Assembly (NCBI GenBank): GCA_963557965.1
Contig: CAUWEX010000002.1
Coordinates: 16,451-80,450 of the forward strand
Length of the DNA: 64,000 nt
DNA from: an uncultured Clostridia bacterium
GTDB lineage: Bacteria > Bacillota > Clostridia > TANB77 > CAG-508
Reading direction: 5' to 3'
Part shown: positions 11,234 through 20,874 of the stretch, piece by piece
Position numbering within the stretch: position 1 is the stretch's first letter
Layout of the letters: every line of letters starts with the position of its first letter
Program-made: the position numbers and the translations under genes
Notes under the pieces: model-generated
What the model was told of the DNA's origin: nothing
Database searches by the model: none
The model's input: only the letters and a program-made list of their open reading frames with translations

Positions 11234-11390
11234 TTTTTCAATTCTCCTCTTTGGTTTTATATAAAATTAGTATACCAAAACATTTTTCTTTTTCAATGAT
11301 ATTATATCCGCATTCAATCGCTTTTACTCCACTTTCGTTTACTTTTATATTCTAGCTAATCTTTCCTGATTTTTTCCTCCGACCCTAAAA

Positions 11391-12278
11391 TTATTTTAGA
11401 TATATATTAGGATCAACTTGAATTGCATCTTTTAAAATTTCAAAATGTAAATGTGCCTCATCTGCAACCTCAAATGCTGCAGTATTTCCAACTGTTCCTA
11501 TACTTTGTCCTTTATTAACTTTTTCTCCTTCTACTACAAATTCAGAGCTTAAAAGGTTTGAATATACTGTTTGGAAACCATTACCATGGTCTATTGTAAT
11601 TGTTAATCCATATCTAGGATCATTTTTTATTGATTTTACAGTCCCTGCTTCAGCAGCTTTTACAACTGTTGTTTTTTCTGCTTTGATGTCCACTCCTAAA
11701 TGTGTAGTCCACTCTTGTAAAGTATTAGAGTATATCAAATTATCTTTTGCATATTCTCTCATAATTTCGCCTTCTACAGGTTTTACAAAACTTAATTCTT
11801 TTTTAGTTTCTGTTTTATTCTCCTTCTTATCTGTAGTTGTTGCTGCTGTAGTATTATTTTTTCCTACAACATTTGATTTCACTTCATTCTTTTTTGATGT
11901 ATTTGCTTGTACTTCTTTGTTTGCTTTTTCTGCTGTATTGTTTCCTGTGCTTGATGTTGTATTATTAGTAGAGTTTGTATTTATGTTATTCGCCATTTCG
12001 TTTTTGGCTTCATCTACAGTTTTCCCCATATCTGTACTTACACTTGTGCTATTATTAGTATTTTGCACATTTTGTTGTTCATTGGCATTTGCCATTTCCT
12101 CTAAATTCATTATACTATCATTTACATTGTCATTTAACGATTTACTATAGATTAATAGCCCTACCAATACCACTGCTAAAAATGCAACACCTATTATAGA
12201 ATACATTATAATTCTATTTTGAGTATTTTTTTTATTATTTCTTACTCTATTGTCTCTTCTCATATAATCCTCCTTCAA
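11391..12278 (-). CDS. spoIIQ: Membrane-anchored M23/LytM-domain peptidase, SpoIIQ-like.
   Basis: It has an N-terminal TM segment, a long low-complexity N/T/S-rich linker and a C-terminal LytM domain (…GLTITIDHGNGFQTVYSNL…AHLHFEI…). It lies immediately downstream of spoIID, as in clostridial spoIID-spoIIQ loci. Confidence 0.6.
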   Translation of the reverse strand: MKEDYMRRDNRVRNNKKNTQNRIIMYSIIGVAFLAVVLVGLLIYSKSLNDNVNDSIMNLEEMANANEQQNVQNTNNSTSVSTDMGKTVDEAKNEMANNINTNSTNNTTSSTGNNTAEKANKEVQANTSKKNEVKSNVVGKNNTTAATTTDKKENKTETKKELSFVKPVEGEIMREYAKDNLIYSNTLQEWTTHLGVDIKAEKTTVVKAAEAGTVKSIKNDPRYGLTITIDHGNGFQTVYSNLLSSEFVVEGEKVNKGQSIGTVGNTAAFEVADEAHLHFEILKDAIQVDPNIYLK

Positions 12279-12337
12279 ATTTTATTAATACAAGTATTTC
12301 CTATTTTGAAGAGATTATACATATTAAAATATAAATT

Positions 12338-13354
12338 TTATAAAGCATTGATTTCTTTTATTTCAACATTTTTATAAAAGTGATGTATTATTTCTTCGCA
12401 ATTTTTCCCCTGTTTTGCCAAAGTGTCCGCTCCAGTTTGGCTCATTCCAACGCCATGTCCATATCCTTTAACTGTAAATTTTATCTTTCCGTCTACTCTT
12501 GTTATTTCAAAATTTGTTGATTTTAAGCCAAGTATCGTTCTAGTTTCTACTCCTGATAACTCATGATTACCAAATTTTATAGTTTTTACTCTTCCACTAT
12601 CTGTATACTGTAAAATTTTAATTTCTTCTTGATTATTAAAATCTATCGTTATGTCCTTATATTTACTTTTTAGTTTGTTTATTAGCTCGTCATTACTAAA
12701 CGCCACCTCTGATGCATATTGGGAATACCCTTCTTCGCCAGCAGTTTCGACCACTTGCAAATATGGAAGTCCTGTTCCGCCCCACACATTAATCGGCATT
12801 TCAGTTTTTCCGCCACTATTAGCATGAAAGAATGCATTTATTGGCTGGTTTTGATATGTAATAATTTTGCCTTCTGTACTTATTACAGCTTCTCGTATTT
12901 TGTTCCAGTTTGTTTCTCTTTTACTTTCTTCCCATCTAGCAAATCTTGTTTCTTTATCTACCCAAGCTTGGCAGCAAGTTGAATCATCACATATATCTGC
13001 ATTATCATGTTTTTTGTTATTTATTTTATATATTGTATATGTCCTTGCAACTATAGCTTGCGCTTTCAATGCTTCCAATTCGTATTCTGCGGGCATTTCA
13101 GCCGAAACTACATTACATAAATAATCATCAATTGCAACTGTTTCAATTTCATTCGTTTTTTTATGTAATAATTTAATAGTACCATAATTGTTGTAATGAT
13201 ATCCATTTTTAATTTCTTGTTTAACTTCTTCTTCCTGTACTTCTTGCGTTTCTTGTGCTACACTGGTTGCTTTACTTTCTCTTTTAGTTAAAATAGCTGG
13301 CAAAAAAAAGATTATGATTATAAATATTAAAAAATATATAAACATTTTTTTCAT
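12338..13354 (-). CDS. spoIID: Stage II sporulation protein D (SpoIID/LytB-domain lytic transglycosylase).
   Basis: It has a signal anchor and the SpoIID domain (…VVSAEMPAEYELEALKAQAIVARTYTIYKI…). It is about 338 aa. Confidence 0.8.
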   Translation of the reverse strand: MKKMFIYFLIFIIIIFFLPAILTKRESKATSVAQETQEVQEEEVKQEIKNGYHYNNYGTIKLLHKKTNEIETVAIDDYLCNVVSAEMPAEYELEALKAQAIVARTYTIYKINNKKHDNADICDDSTCCQAWVDKETRFARWEESKRETNWNKIREAVISTEGKIITYQNQPINAFFHANSGGKTEMPINVWGGTGLPYLQVVETAGEEGYSQYASEVAFSNDELINKLKSKYKDITIDFNNQEEIKILQYTDSGRVKTIKFGNHELSGVETRTILGLKSTNFEITRVDGKIKFTVKGYGHGVGMSQTGADTLAKQGKNCEEIIHHFYKNVEIKEINAL

Positions 13355-13426
13355 TTACATTTGCCCCATCTTTCTTTTAATATACATCATCCCTCTATCT
13401 TCGTTTTTATTCTTTTTACTATTTGT

Positions 13427-14156
13427 TTATGATATCAGTTTCATTTTCATATTACTCAAAATTTTTCTTTCAATTCTAGACACCTGTACTTGTGTAATTC
13501 CTAATATTTTTGCTACTTGAGATTGTGTCTTTTCTTTATAGAACCTAAGCATTATTACTTCTTTATCTCGTTTTTCTAATTTTTTTATTAATTCATTTAA
13601 TACTATTTTATTGGTAGCTATTTCTGCTTCATCTTTATTGGTTGATAGCTGTTCTTTTAAACTTATACTATTTCCATCTTTATGATTAGTATATGTTGCA
13701 TTTTCTAGAGATTCTATATTTTTTCCGGCTTCAAGTGCAATTGTGATGTCTTCCTTAGATACTTTTAATTCTTTTGATATCTTTTCTATAGATATTTCTT
13801 CCCCTTTTTTGTTTAAATATTCCTTTTGTAATTCTTTTATCTTTATTCCCAGTTCTTTTATACTTCTGCTTACTTTTATTGGTCCATCATCTCTTATAAA
13901 TCTTTTTATTTCTCCAATCATATATGGCACCGCATATGTAGATAACTTTACTTCAAAATTTGTATCAAATCTTTTTATAGATTTTATAAAACCGATACAA
14001 CCAATTTGATACAAATCTTCTAGCTCATATCCTCTACCTTGAAATCTTTTCACTATACTCCAAATCAGTCCGATTATTGTCTTTTATTAATCTTTCTAAT
14101 TCATATTTATCTCCCTCTTGAGCTTTTATTATGCTTTCTTTATTATTATCATACAT
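13427..14156 (-). CDS. sigF: Sporulation sigma factor sigma-F (SpoIIAC). The frame is broken by a 1-nt insertion at about 14072.
   Basis: The 13427..14053 ORF aligns with SigF regions 2.3-4.2 (…RGYELEDLYQIGCIGFIKSIKRFD…TQSQVAKILGITQVQVSRIERKIL). Region 2.1-2.2 (MYDNNKESIIKAQEGDKYELERLIKDNN|GLIWSIVKRF…) continues upstream in another frame from the ATG at 14156. The shift lies in 'aat aat C gga ctg'. Confidence 0.85.
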
Positions 14157-14199
14157 AAAATTTTATAAGTACATTTTATGTACTTATTCTCCTTTCTCT

Positions 14200-14682
14200 T
14201 TAATCTTTTGTTGATAGCATAAGAAATTCGTTTTCTTCTTTGTCTGTTTTAGGTTTTATACTTTTTGACATAGTAATTTTAGTTCCTAATCCTACAACAG
14301 ATTTTACTTCCATTGTATCCATAAAACTTTCTATTATAGTAAATCCCATTCCTGATCTTTCTAAATTAGGCTTAGTTGTATATAATGGCTCTTTGGCTTG
14401 TTCTACATCCTCAATTCCTTTTCCTTTATCTGAAATTTCTATGATAATTTCATTTTCTACTATCCATGCTGATATTTTCACAATTCCTGTTTTTTTCTCG
14501 TATCCATGTATAATAGCATTAGTAACTGCTTCTGATACAGCAGTTTTTATATCTGCAAGTTCTTCTATCGTAGGGTCTAATTGAGCGGCAAATGCTGCAA
14601 CTGTTAATCTTGCAAACGCTTCGTTTGCTGATTTACTAACAAATTCTAATTTCATCTCATTATCGATATTTTTATTATTCAT
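14200..14682 (-). CDS. spoIIAB: Anti-sigma-F factor SpoIIAB (serine protein kinase, GHKL ATPase).
   Basis: The sequence [52 protein letters not shown]…[15 protein letters not shown] is conserved with B. subtilis SpoIIAB. Confidence 0.9.
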   Translation of the reverse strand: MNNKNIDNEMKLEFVSKSANEAFARLTVAAFAAQLDPTIEELADIKTAVSEAVTNAIIHGYEKKTGIVKISAWIVENEIIIEISDKGKGIEDVEQAKEPLYTTKPNLERSGMGFTIIESFMDTMEVKSVVGLGTKITMSKSIKPKTDKEENEFLMLSTKD

Positions 14683-14722
14683 CTTTACTCTCTTTCCTTT
14701 CGAATGTTTTGATAATATATTT

Positions 14723-15040
14723 TTAAAAAGGACTTTCTACTGTTGGAATTAATTTTAAAATCCCACTCATATCAAAAATTCTTCTTATACTTTTAGTTAA
14801 GTTAGTAATTTCTAACTTTGCACCTATCATATTGGCTAGTTTATATCTTCCTATAATTAGGCCGATTCCGGCACTATCCATAAAAGTAACACGATCAAAA
14901 TCAAATATAACTCTTTTAGGCATGTATCTCTCCATTTCATAATCTGCTTTCCTCCTTATATTTTGTACATTATGGTCATCGATTTCATCTGTTATTTTTA
15001 AGACTAACAGCTTGTCCTCTGAATAAAAATTTGCTTCCAT
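14723..15040 (-). CDS. spoIIAA: Anti-sigma-F factor antagonist SpoIIAA (STAS domain).
   Basis: It is 105 aa with STAS-domain motifs (…[22 protein letters not shown]…). It is the first gene of the spoIIAA-spoIIAB-sigF operon. Confidence 0.85.
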   Translation of the reverse strand: MEANFYSEDKLLVLKITDEIDDHNVQNIRRKADYEMERYMPKRVIFDFDRVTFMDSAGIGLIIGRYKLANMIGAKLEITNLTKSIRRIFDMSGILKLIPTVESPF

Positions 15041-15206
15041 AATTACTCCTTATATCATTTGTATTTAGGTTTTATGGTTATACCTATAAACCTTTTTCCT
15101 TCTTGATGTATTATAGTATTAATTACATTATTTTCCAAGAGTAAAAATTAAGAAGTTTTGTCGTTTTTTTAGAACTTTTCGACAAGAAAAGTGGCTTTGC
15201 CCACAG

Positions 15207-15238
15207 TAAAAAAATAGAACTGTATTTCTACAATTCTA
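15207..15238 (-). terminator. Rho-independent terminator downstream of valS.
   Basis: On the minus-strand RNA there is a 7-bp stem with one G-U wobble (AGAAUUG/CAGUUCU), an 8-nt loop and then a UUUUUUU run. Confidence 0.55.
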
Positions 15239-15250
15239 TTTTTCTTAAAA

Positions 15251-17908
15251 TTATAATTTTTCAAGCATTTCTTTGTATTTAGCAAGTTTTGCTTTTTCCT
15301 CATTTATTTTGGTCTCTGGAGCCTTATTCATAAATCCTGGGTTTGATAACATTTTTTCACATCTTGCAACTTCTGATTGTAACCTTTTTCTTTCAGCTTC
15401 TAATCTATTTTTTTCTTCTTCAAAATCTATTAATCCTTCTAATGGAATGTATAACTCTATATCCTCTTTTATAATGCTTATAACATCTTGTGGTATTCCA
15501 TTCTTAGATTGATTGATAGTTATTTTATTTCCAAAGCCTAGTTTTAATAACATTGGTTTTAAACTCTCTAATTTTTCTTTCATAATTTCATGATTTTTAG
15601 TTACAACAAATATTAATTCTGACTTTTTGCTTGGATGAATATTCTTATTAGCTCTAATATTTCTGATTTCTACAATAATATCTTTTACGTTTTCTATTAA
15701 TTCTTCGTCCTCATCAAAATCAAAATTCTTTCTTTCTGTTGGCCATTTTGATACCATCAATTCTGACTTTCCATAATGTACTAAATTATCATATATTTCA
15801 GATGTTACAAATGGCATAAATGGATGTAATAATTTCATAGAAGTTCGTAATACATGATTTAATATATCGCTTACTAACAATTTTGTTTCTTCGTCTTCGC
15901 TATATATACGTGGTTTTATCATTTCTATATACCAATCACAAAATTCATTCCAAATAAAATTATATATTTTGTCTAATGCAATTCCTAAATCATAATTTTC
16001 AATATTTCTTGTTATTTCTACGACCAATTTATCTAACTTATTTAAAATCCATTTGTCCTCAGGCTCTAAAATATCAGTATTATATGTTTCTGTTTCTAAG
16101 TTATATACCTTTTTTCCCATTTCTCTTACTTTGTCTTGTGATGGTGTATTACTTATTACAAATCTTGCTGCATTCCATATTTTATTAGCAAAGTTAGATG
16201 CTTGCTCCAATTTTTCTGGCATATATTTTATATCATTTCCCATTGTAGTTCCAGATAATACTGAGAATCTTAAGCTATCTGCTCCATATTTTTCAATTAC
16301 TTCTATTGGATCTACACCGTTTCCAAGAGTCTTAGACATTTTTCTTCCTTGGCTATCACGTACAATTCCATGAATTAAAACATCACTAAATGGTTTTTCG
16401 CCCATTGCATATAGTCCTGAAAATACCATTCTTGCTACCCAGAAGAATATTATGTCATATCCTGTTACTAGTACATTTGTAGGATAAAATGTTTTTAAAT
16501 CTTCTGCTTCTTTGTTTGGCCAACCTAATGTTGAAAATGGCCATAATGCTGAACTAAACCATGTATCTAATGTATCTGGATCTTGATGTAATTTATCAGA
16601 ACCACATTTTTCGCATTTTTCTGGAACTGTTTTTGATACATTTATATGCCCACATTCTTCGCAATAATATGCAGGAATTCTATGACCCCACCATAATTGT
16701 CTTGATATGCACCAATCTTGAATATTTTCCATCCAATTAAAATATGTTTTTTCATATCTTTTTGGTACAAATTTTACATCATCTTTTTTTACTGCCTCTA
16801 TTGCTGGTTTTGCAAGTTCTTTCATTTTTACAAACCATTGCTCTGATATTCGCGGTTCTATTGTTGTTTTACATCTTTCACATTTTCCTACATTATGAGT
16901 ATAATCTTCAATTGAAACTAACGCTCCTAATTCCTTTAATTTTTCAACTATAATTGGTCTTGCCTCTATTGCTGTCATTCCTTCTACTTCTGGCATTAAG
17001 TTTCCCATAATTGTTTTGTTATCAAATACTTCTATAAATTCTAGATTATTTCTTTTACCTGCTTGATAGTCATTTGGATCATGTGATGGTGTTATTTTTA
17101 CACATCCTGTCCCAAATTCTTTGTCTACAAATTCATCAGCTATTATTGGAATTTCTCTATTAACTATTGGAAGAATACATACTTTTCCTACTAAGTCTTT
17201 ATATCTTTCATCATCAGGATTTACTGCTACCGCTGTATCTCCTAACATTGTTTCTGGTCTTGTTGTAGCAACTTCTACATATTTATCTGTTCCTTTTATT
17301 TTGTACCTCAAATGCCACAAATGTGAAGCTTCTTCTTTATATTCAACTTCTGCATCTGAAATTGCTGTATTACAATTTGGACACCAGTTTACCATTCTTG
17401 TTCCTTTATAGATATATCCTTCTTTATATAAGTTTATAAATTCTTCCAAAACTGCATCAGATAATCCATCATCTAATGTAAATCTGCGTCTATCCCAATC
17501 ACATGAACATCCTAATTTTCTTTGTTGTTTTTGAATTTCACCACCATAAATTCTAGTCCAATTCCATGCTTCTTCTAAGAATTTTTCTCTTCCTATTTCC
17601 TGTTTTGTTTTTCCTTCTGCTTTTAATTTTTGAACCACTTTCATTTCTGTTGAAATTGACGCATGATCGCTTCCAGGAAGCCATAAAGTATTATATCCTT
17701 GCATTCTTTTAAAACGTATTAAAATGTCTTGTATTGTTCCGTCTAACGCATGACCCATGTGTAATTTGCCAGTTACATTTGGTGGTGGCATCATTATACA
17801 ATAACTTTCTTTTGTTTTATCCATACTAGGTTTAAAATACCCTTCTTTTTCCCAATGCTCATATAGTTTGTCCTCAAAATCTTTTGGATTGTACTTGTCT
17901 TTTAACAT
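15251..17908 (-). CDS. valS: Valine--tRNA ligase.
   Basis: It is 885 aa with HMGH (…GKLHMGHALD…) and KMSKT (…RKMSKTLGN…) class-I motifs, an editing domain and a C-terminal coiled coil. Confidence 0.95.
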   Translation of the reverse strand: MLKDKYNPKDFEDKLYEHWEKEGYFKPSMDKTKESYCIMMPPPNVTGKLHMGHALDGTIQDILIRFKRMQGYNTLWLPGSDHASISTEMKVVQKLKAEGKTKQEIGREKFLEEAWNWTRIYGGEIQKQQRKLGCSCDWDRRRFTLDDGLSDAVLEEFINLYKEGYIYKGTRMVNWCPNCNTAISDAEVEYKEEASHLWHLRYKIKGTDKYVEVATTRPETMLGDTAVAVNPDDERYKDLVGKVCILPIVNREIPIIADEFVDKEFGTGCVKITPSHDPNDYQAGKRNNLEFIEVFDNKTIMGNLMPEVEGMTAIEARPIIVEKLKELGALVSIEDYTHNVGKCERCKTTIEPRISEQWFVKMKELAKPAIEAVKKDDVKFVPKRYEKTYFNWMENIQDWCISRQLWWGHRIPAYYCEECGHINVSKTVPEKCEKCGSDKLHQDPDTLDTWFSSALWPFSTLGWPNKEAEDLKTFYPTNVLVTGYDIIFFWVARMVFSGLYAMGEKPFSDVLIHGIVRDSQGRKMSKTLGNGVDPIEVIEKYGADSLRFSVLSGTTMGNDIKYMPEKLEQASNFANKIWNAARFVISNTPSQDKVREMGKKVYNLETETYNTDILEPEDKWILNKLDKLVVEITRNIENYDLGIALDKIYNFIWNEFCDWYIEMIKPRIYSEDEETKLLVSDILNHVLRTSMKLLHPFMPFVTSEIYDNLVHYGKSELMVSKWPTERKNFDFDEDEELIENVKDIIVEIRNIRANKNIHPSKKSELIFVVTKNHEIMKEKLESLKPMLLKLGFGNKITINQSKNGIPQDVISIIKEDIELYIPLEGLIDFEEEKNRLEAERKRLQSEVARCEKMLSNPGFMNKAPETKINEEKAKLAKYKEMLEKL

Positions 17909-18078
17909 TTAAATTCCCCTTACATCTATATTTTGTGGTAGGTACCTTTGACTTCTATTCTCTAAAAATTAGTATAAACATACTCCTCTTTTTTCTTGTT
18001 TTTACAATTATGTTAATATTATTGCACATTTCATTGAAAATTACAAGTTTCTACTAATATTTAACATAATTTTTTTAA

Positions 18079-19239
18079 CTACATAGATTTTCTATATAAT
18101 TCTATAAAATCTTCTTTGCTAACTTCTCTTGGATTTCCTGGTTTACATGGATCATTCATTGCTTTTTCAGCAAGCATTTCAAAATCTTCTTCTTTTGCTC
18201 CATAATCTTTTATAGTTGTTGTAATTCCAACGGCTTTACTTAATTCAGATATCATCCATACAAATGTGTTTATAACATCTTGGTCATTTAAATGTGCTGC
18301 ATCTGGTCTACCAATTTCACACAAGATTTCTCTAAATCTTCCTGCAGTTTCTGGATTTTCTCCGTTAAATCTCATAACTGTTGGTAATAACATTGCATTT
18401 GCAATTCCATGTGGTGTATCATATACAGCTCCTAATTGATGTGCCATTGAATGTACAATTCCAAGACCTACGTTTGAAAATCCCATTCCTGCAATATATT
18501 GTGCCATTCCCATCATCTCTATTGCCTCATCATCTTTATCATTAACAGCTGCTGCTAAATATTTAAATATTAATTTTATAGCCTTCATATGAAACATATC
18601 AGACATTTCATTATGACCTTTTGTTATATACCCTTCAACTGCATGTGTTAGTGCATCCATACCAGTTGCTGCTGCTAGACCTTTTGGCATTGAAGCCATT
18701 AGTTCAGAGTCCACAATTGCTATAATTGGTATATCATTTGGGTCTACACATACCATTTTTACTTCTGCTTCTTCATCTGTAATAACATAGTTTATTGTAA
18801 CCTCTGCAGCTGTTCCTGCTGTAGTTGGAAGCGCAATAACAGGCATACCTCTATTTACTGTATTAGATAATCCATTTAGAGATTTAATATCTGCTCTATC
18901 TGGATTTGTCATAACAATTGATATTCCTTTTGCAGTGTCCATACTTGAACCTCCACCAACTGCAACTATTACATCAGCTCCTGATTTTTTACATGCTTCT
19001 ACACCATCTGTAACATTTTTAATTGTTGGGTTTGGTTTTATATCATCATATAAATCGTATGCAATTCCCTCTTTGCTTAAAATTTCTTCTACTTTTGCTG
19101 TAACACCTGCTTCTACTAAAGCCTTATCGCTAACTAAAAATACTTTATTAAAATTTCTTTTTTTAATTTCTCCTGCTAGTTCTTCTCTTGAACCTTTTCC
19201 AAAATATGATGTTTCGTTTAAAACAAATTTTGTTGACAT
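18079..19239 (-). CDS. Iron-containing (group III) alcohol dehydrogenase.
   Basis: Fe-ADH motifs are present (…VIVAVGGGSSMDTAKG…, GIVHSMAHQLGAVYDTPHGIANA…). It is 386 aa. Confidence 0.85.
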   Translation of the reverse strand: MSTKFVLNETSYFGKGSREELAGEIKKRNFNKVFLVSDKALVEAGVTAKVEEILSKEGIAYDLYDDIKPNPTIKNVTDGVEACKKSGADVIVAVGGGSSMDTAKGISIVMTNPDRADIKSLNGLSNTVNRGMPVIALPTTAGTAAEVTINYVITDEEAEVKMVCVDPNDIPIIAIVDSELMASMPKGLAAATGMDALTHAVEGYITKGHNEMSDMFHMKAIKLIFKYLAAAVNDKDDEAIEMMGMAQYIAGMGFSNVGLGIVHSMAHQLGAVYDTPHGIANAMLLPTVMRFNGENPETAGRFREILCEIGRPDAAHLNDQDVINTFVWMISELSKAVGITTTIKDYGAKEEDFEMLAEKAMNDPCKPGNPREVSKEDFIELYRKSM

Positions 19240-19269
19240 ATTTTCCTCCTTGTTTATAGCTTTAAATTT

Positions 19270-19296
19270 GCTTTGCCAGTATTAAACTGGCAAAGC
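19270..19296. other. Perfect 11-bp inverted repeat (GCTTTGCCAGT attaa ACTGGCAAAGC) in the aldH-adh intergenic region.
   Basis: Read directly. On the + strand it is followed by a U-rich tract. On the minus strand it lies between the two co-oriented genes, so it may be a 3' stabiliser or attenuator. Confidence 0.5.
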
Positions 19297-19329
19297 ATGC
19301 TATTTTATTTGTTCCCCTTTTAATTATTT

Positions 19330-20763
19330 TTATAAAATGTTTTTAAGTACTATTGTTTTTAATCTTGACATTTCTTGCAATGTTGTTGCAACACCTTCAT
19401 TACCTATTCCAGAATGTTTCCAGCCACCAAATGGCATTTCAAATGAACGATAGAAGCTTGCTCCATTTATTACTGCTCCACCACATTCTAGTTTGTCTGC
19501 AATTTTCATTGCTCTTGAGAAATCTTTTGATATTACACATCCACATAATCCATAAGATGATTGGTTGGCAATTTCGATTGCTTCTTCTACTGTGTCAAAT
19601 CCTATTACCGAAATTACTGGTCCAAAGATTTCCATATCTTTTGCGACTTCCATATCTTTTGTTACATTATCTAATATTGTTGGATAATAGTATGCATCTT
19701 CTCTTTTTCCTCCACACACTACTGTTGCACCTTCTGAAACCATTTGATTGACTTGTTCTTCTATTCTTTTTGCTGCATTTATATTTATCATTGGTCCCAT
19801 ATCTGTGTCTTCTTCCATTGGATCTCCAACTTTTAAGTTTGATATAACTTCCTTCATTCTTTCTATAAATTCAGCTTTTCTTGAATTATGAATTAAGAAA
19901 CGTTTACTTGCACAACATACTTGTCCACCATTATATAATCTTCCCCATATTGTTTCTTTTACAGCTAAATCCATATCTCCATCTTCTAAGAAGATAAATG
20001 CGTCATTTCCGCCTAGTTCTAGCATAACATGAGTTAAGTTTTTAGACGCTGTTCCCATTGTTTGAATTCCAGCTGCTGTTCCTCCAGTTAATGATACTAA
20101 ATGAACTCCTTTATGTCTTGCTAAGGCTTGTCCTACTATTGGTCCATCTCCTGTTAGTATTTGAATACATCCTGCTGGCACTCCAGCTTCTACCATTAAT
20201 TTAACATATTCAATTAATGTTAATGGGTTATAATTTGATGGTTTTACAATTATACTATTTCCCATCATTAATGCTGGTGGTACTTTTTGACAGAATAAAT
20301 CACTTGGGAAGTTAAAAGGTATAATTGCTGCAATTACTCCTAATGGATATCTTTTTGTTATTTGCATTGTTTTTTCTTGCCCTGCTTCTGTTCCTGCTGG
20401 TATGCTTTCTCCGTATAGATGTTTTGCTTTTTCTACAAACCCTCTAACGCCTATACGAACATTTGCAATTTCTCCTCTTGCTTCTTTTATTGGTTTTCCT
20501 GTTTCATTTGATAAAAGTACTGCTAGTCTTTCTTTGTTTTCCTCTACTAAATCTACAAATTTATATAATATTTCTGCTCTTTCATATATTGAAACTTCTT
20601 CCCATTTTTTTTGCTCTTCCATTGCCACTTTTACTGCTGTGTCTACATCTTCTTCTGTAACATTTGGCACTGTATCTATAAGTTCTTGAGTTGCTGGATT
20701 AACAACTTCTATTGTAAGTCCATTTGATGAATCTTTCCATTCGCGTCCTATAAGATTTTTCAT
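19330..20763 (-). CDS. NAD(P)+-dependent aldehyde dehydrogenase (ALDH superfamily).
   Basis: It is 477 aa, with the catalytic Cys in …GQVCCASKR… and the ALDH glutamate motif …ELGGNDAF…. Confidence 0.85.
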   Translation of the reverse strand: MKNLIGREWKDSSNGLTIEVVNPATQELIDTVPNVTEEDVDTAVKVAMEEQKKWEEVSIYERAEILYKFVDLVEENKERLAVLLSNETGKPIKEARGEIANVRIGVRGFVEKAKHLYGESIPAGTEAGQEKTMQITKRYPLGVIAAIIPFNFPSDLFCQKVPPALMMGNSIIVKPSNYNPLTLIEYVKLMVEAGVPAGCIQILTGDGPIVGQALARHKGVHLVSLTGGTAAGIQTMGTASKNLTHVMLELGGNDAFIFLEDGDMDLAVKETIWGRLYNGGQVCCASKRFLIHNSRKAEFIERMKEVISNLKVGDPMEEDTDMGPMININAAKRIEEQVNQMVSEGATVVCGGKREDAYYYPTILDNVTKDMEVAKDMEIFGPVISVIGFDTVEEAIEIANQSSYGLCGCVISKDFSRAMKIADKLECGGAVINGASFYRSFEMPFGGWKHSGIGNEGVATTLQEMSRLKTIVLKNIL

Positions 20764-20874
20764 AGTAGCTCCCTCCTTATTATTTACAAGTTTACAAACT
20801 GTAACTTCTCCATCTATATAATTTTCTTTTGTGCATTCATACTTATTTTGGTGTTGTGGTTTTTCCCCTTCTCT

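Noticed and set aside
11161-11355. 64-aa + strand ORF spanning the GT repeat (…VCVCVCVCVLPQ…).
   Set aside because: It has no RBS, and its low-complexity Cys-Val run is produced by the repeat. The minus-strand mini-ORF with a strong RBS is the more plausible reading.
15041-15130. Sigma-H-type promoter for spoIIAA.
   Set aside because: An AGGAAAAA element is present, but no convincing GAAT -10 box at the right spacing, so it is not called.
17909-18078. Possible T-box leader upstream of valS. A GGTAGGTACC-like string at 17936-17950 resembles the T-box GGUGGUACC.
   Set aside because: The similarity is on the wrong strand for valS. The 170-nt leader read on the minus strand has no specifier loop, no T-box consensus and no terminator/antiterminator pair.
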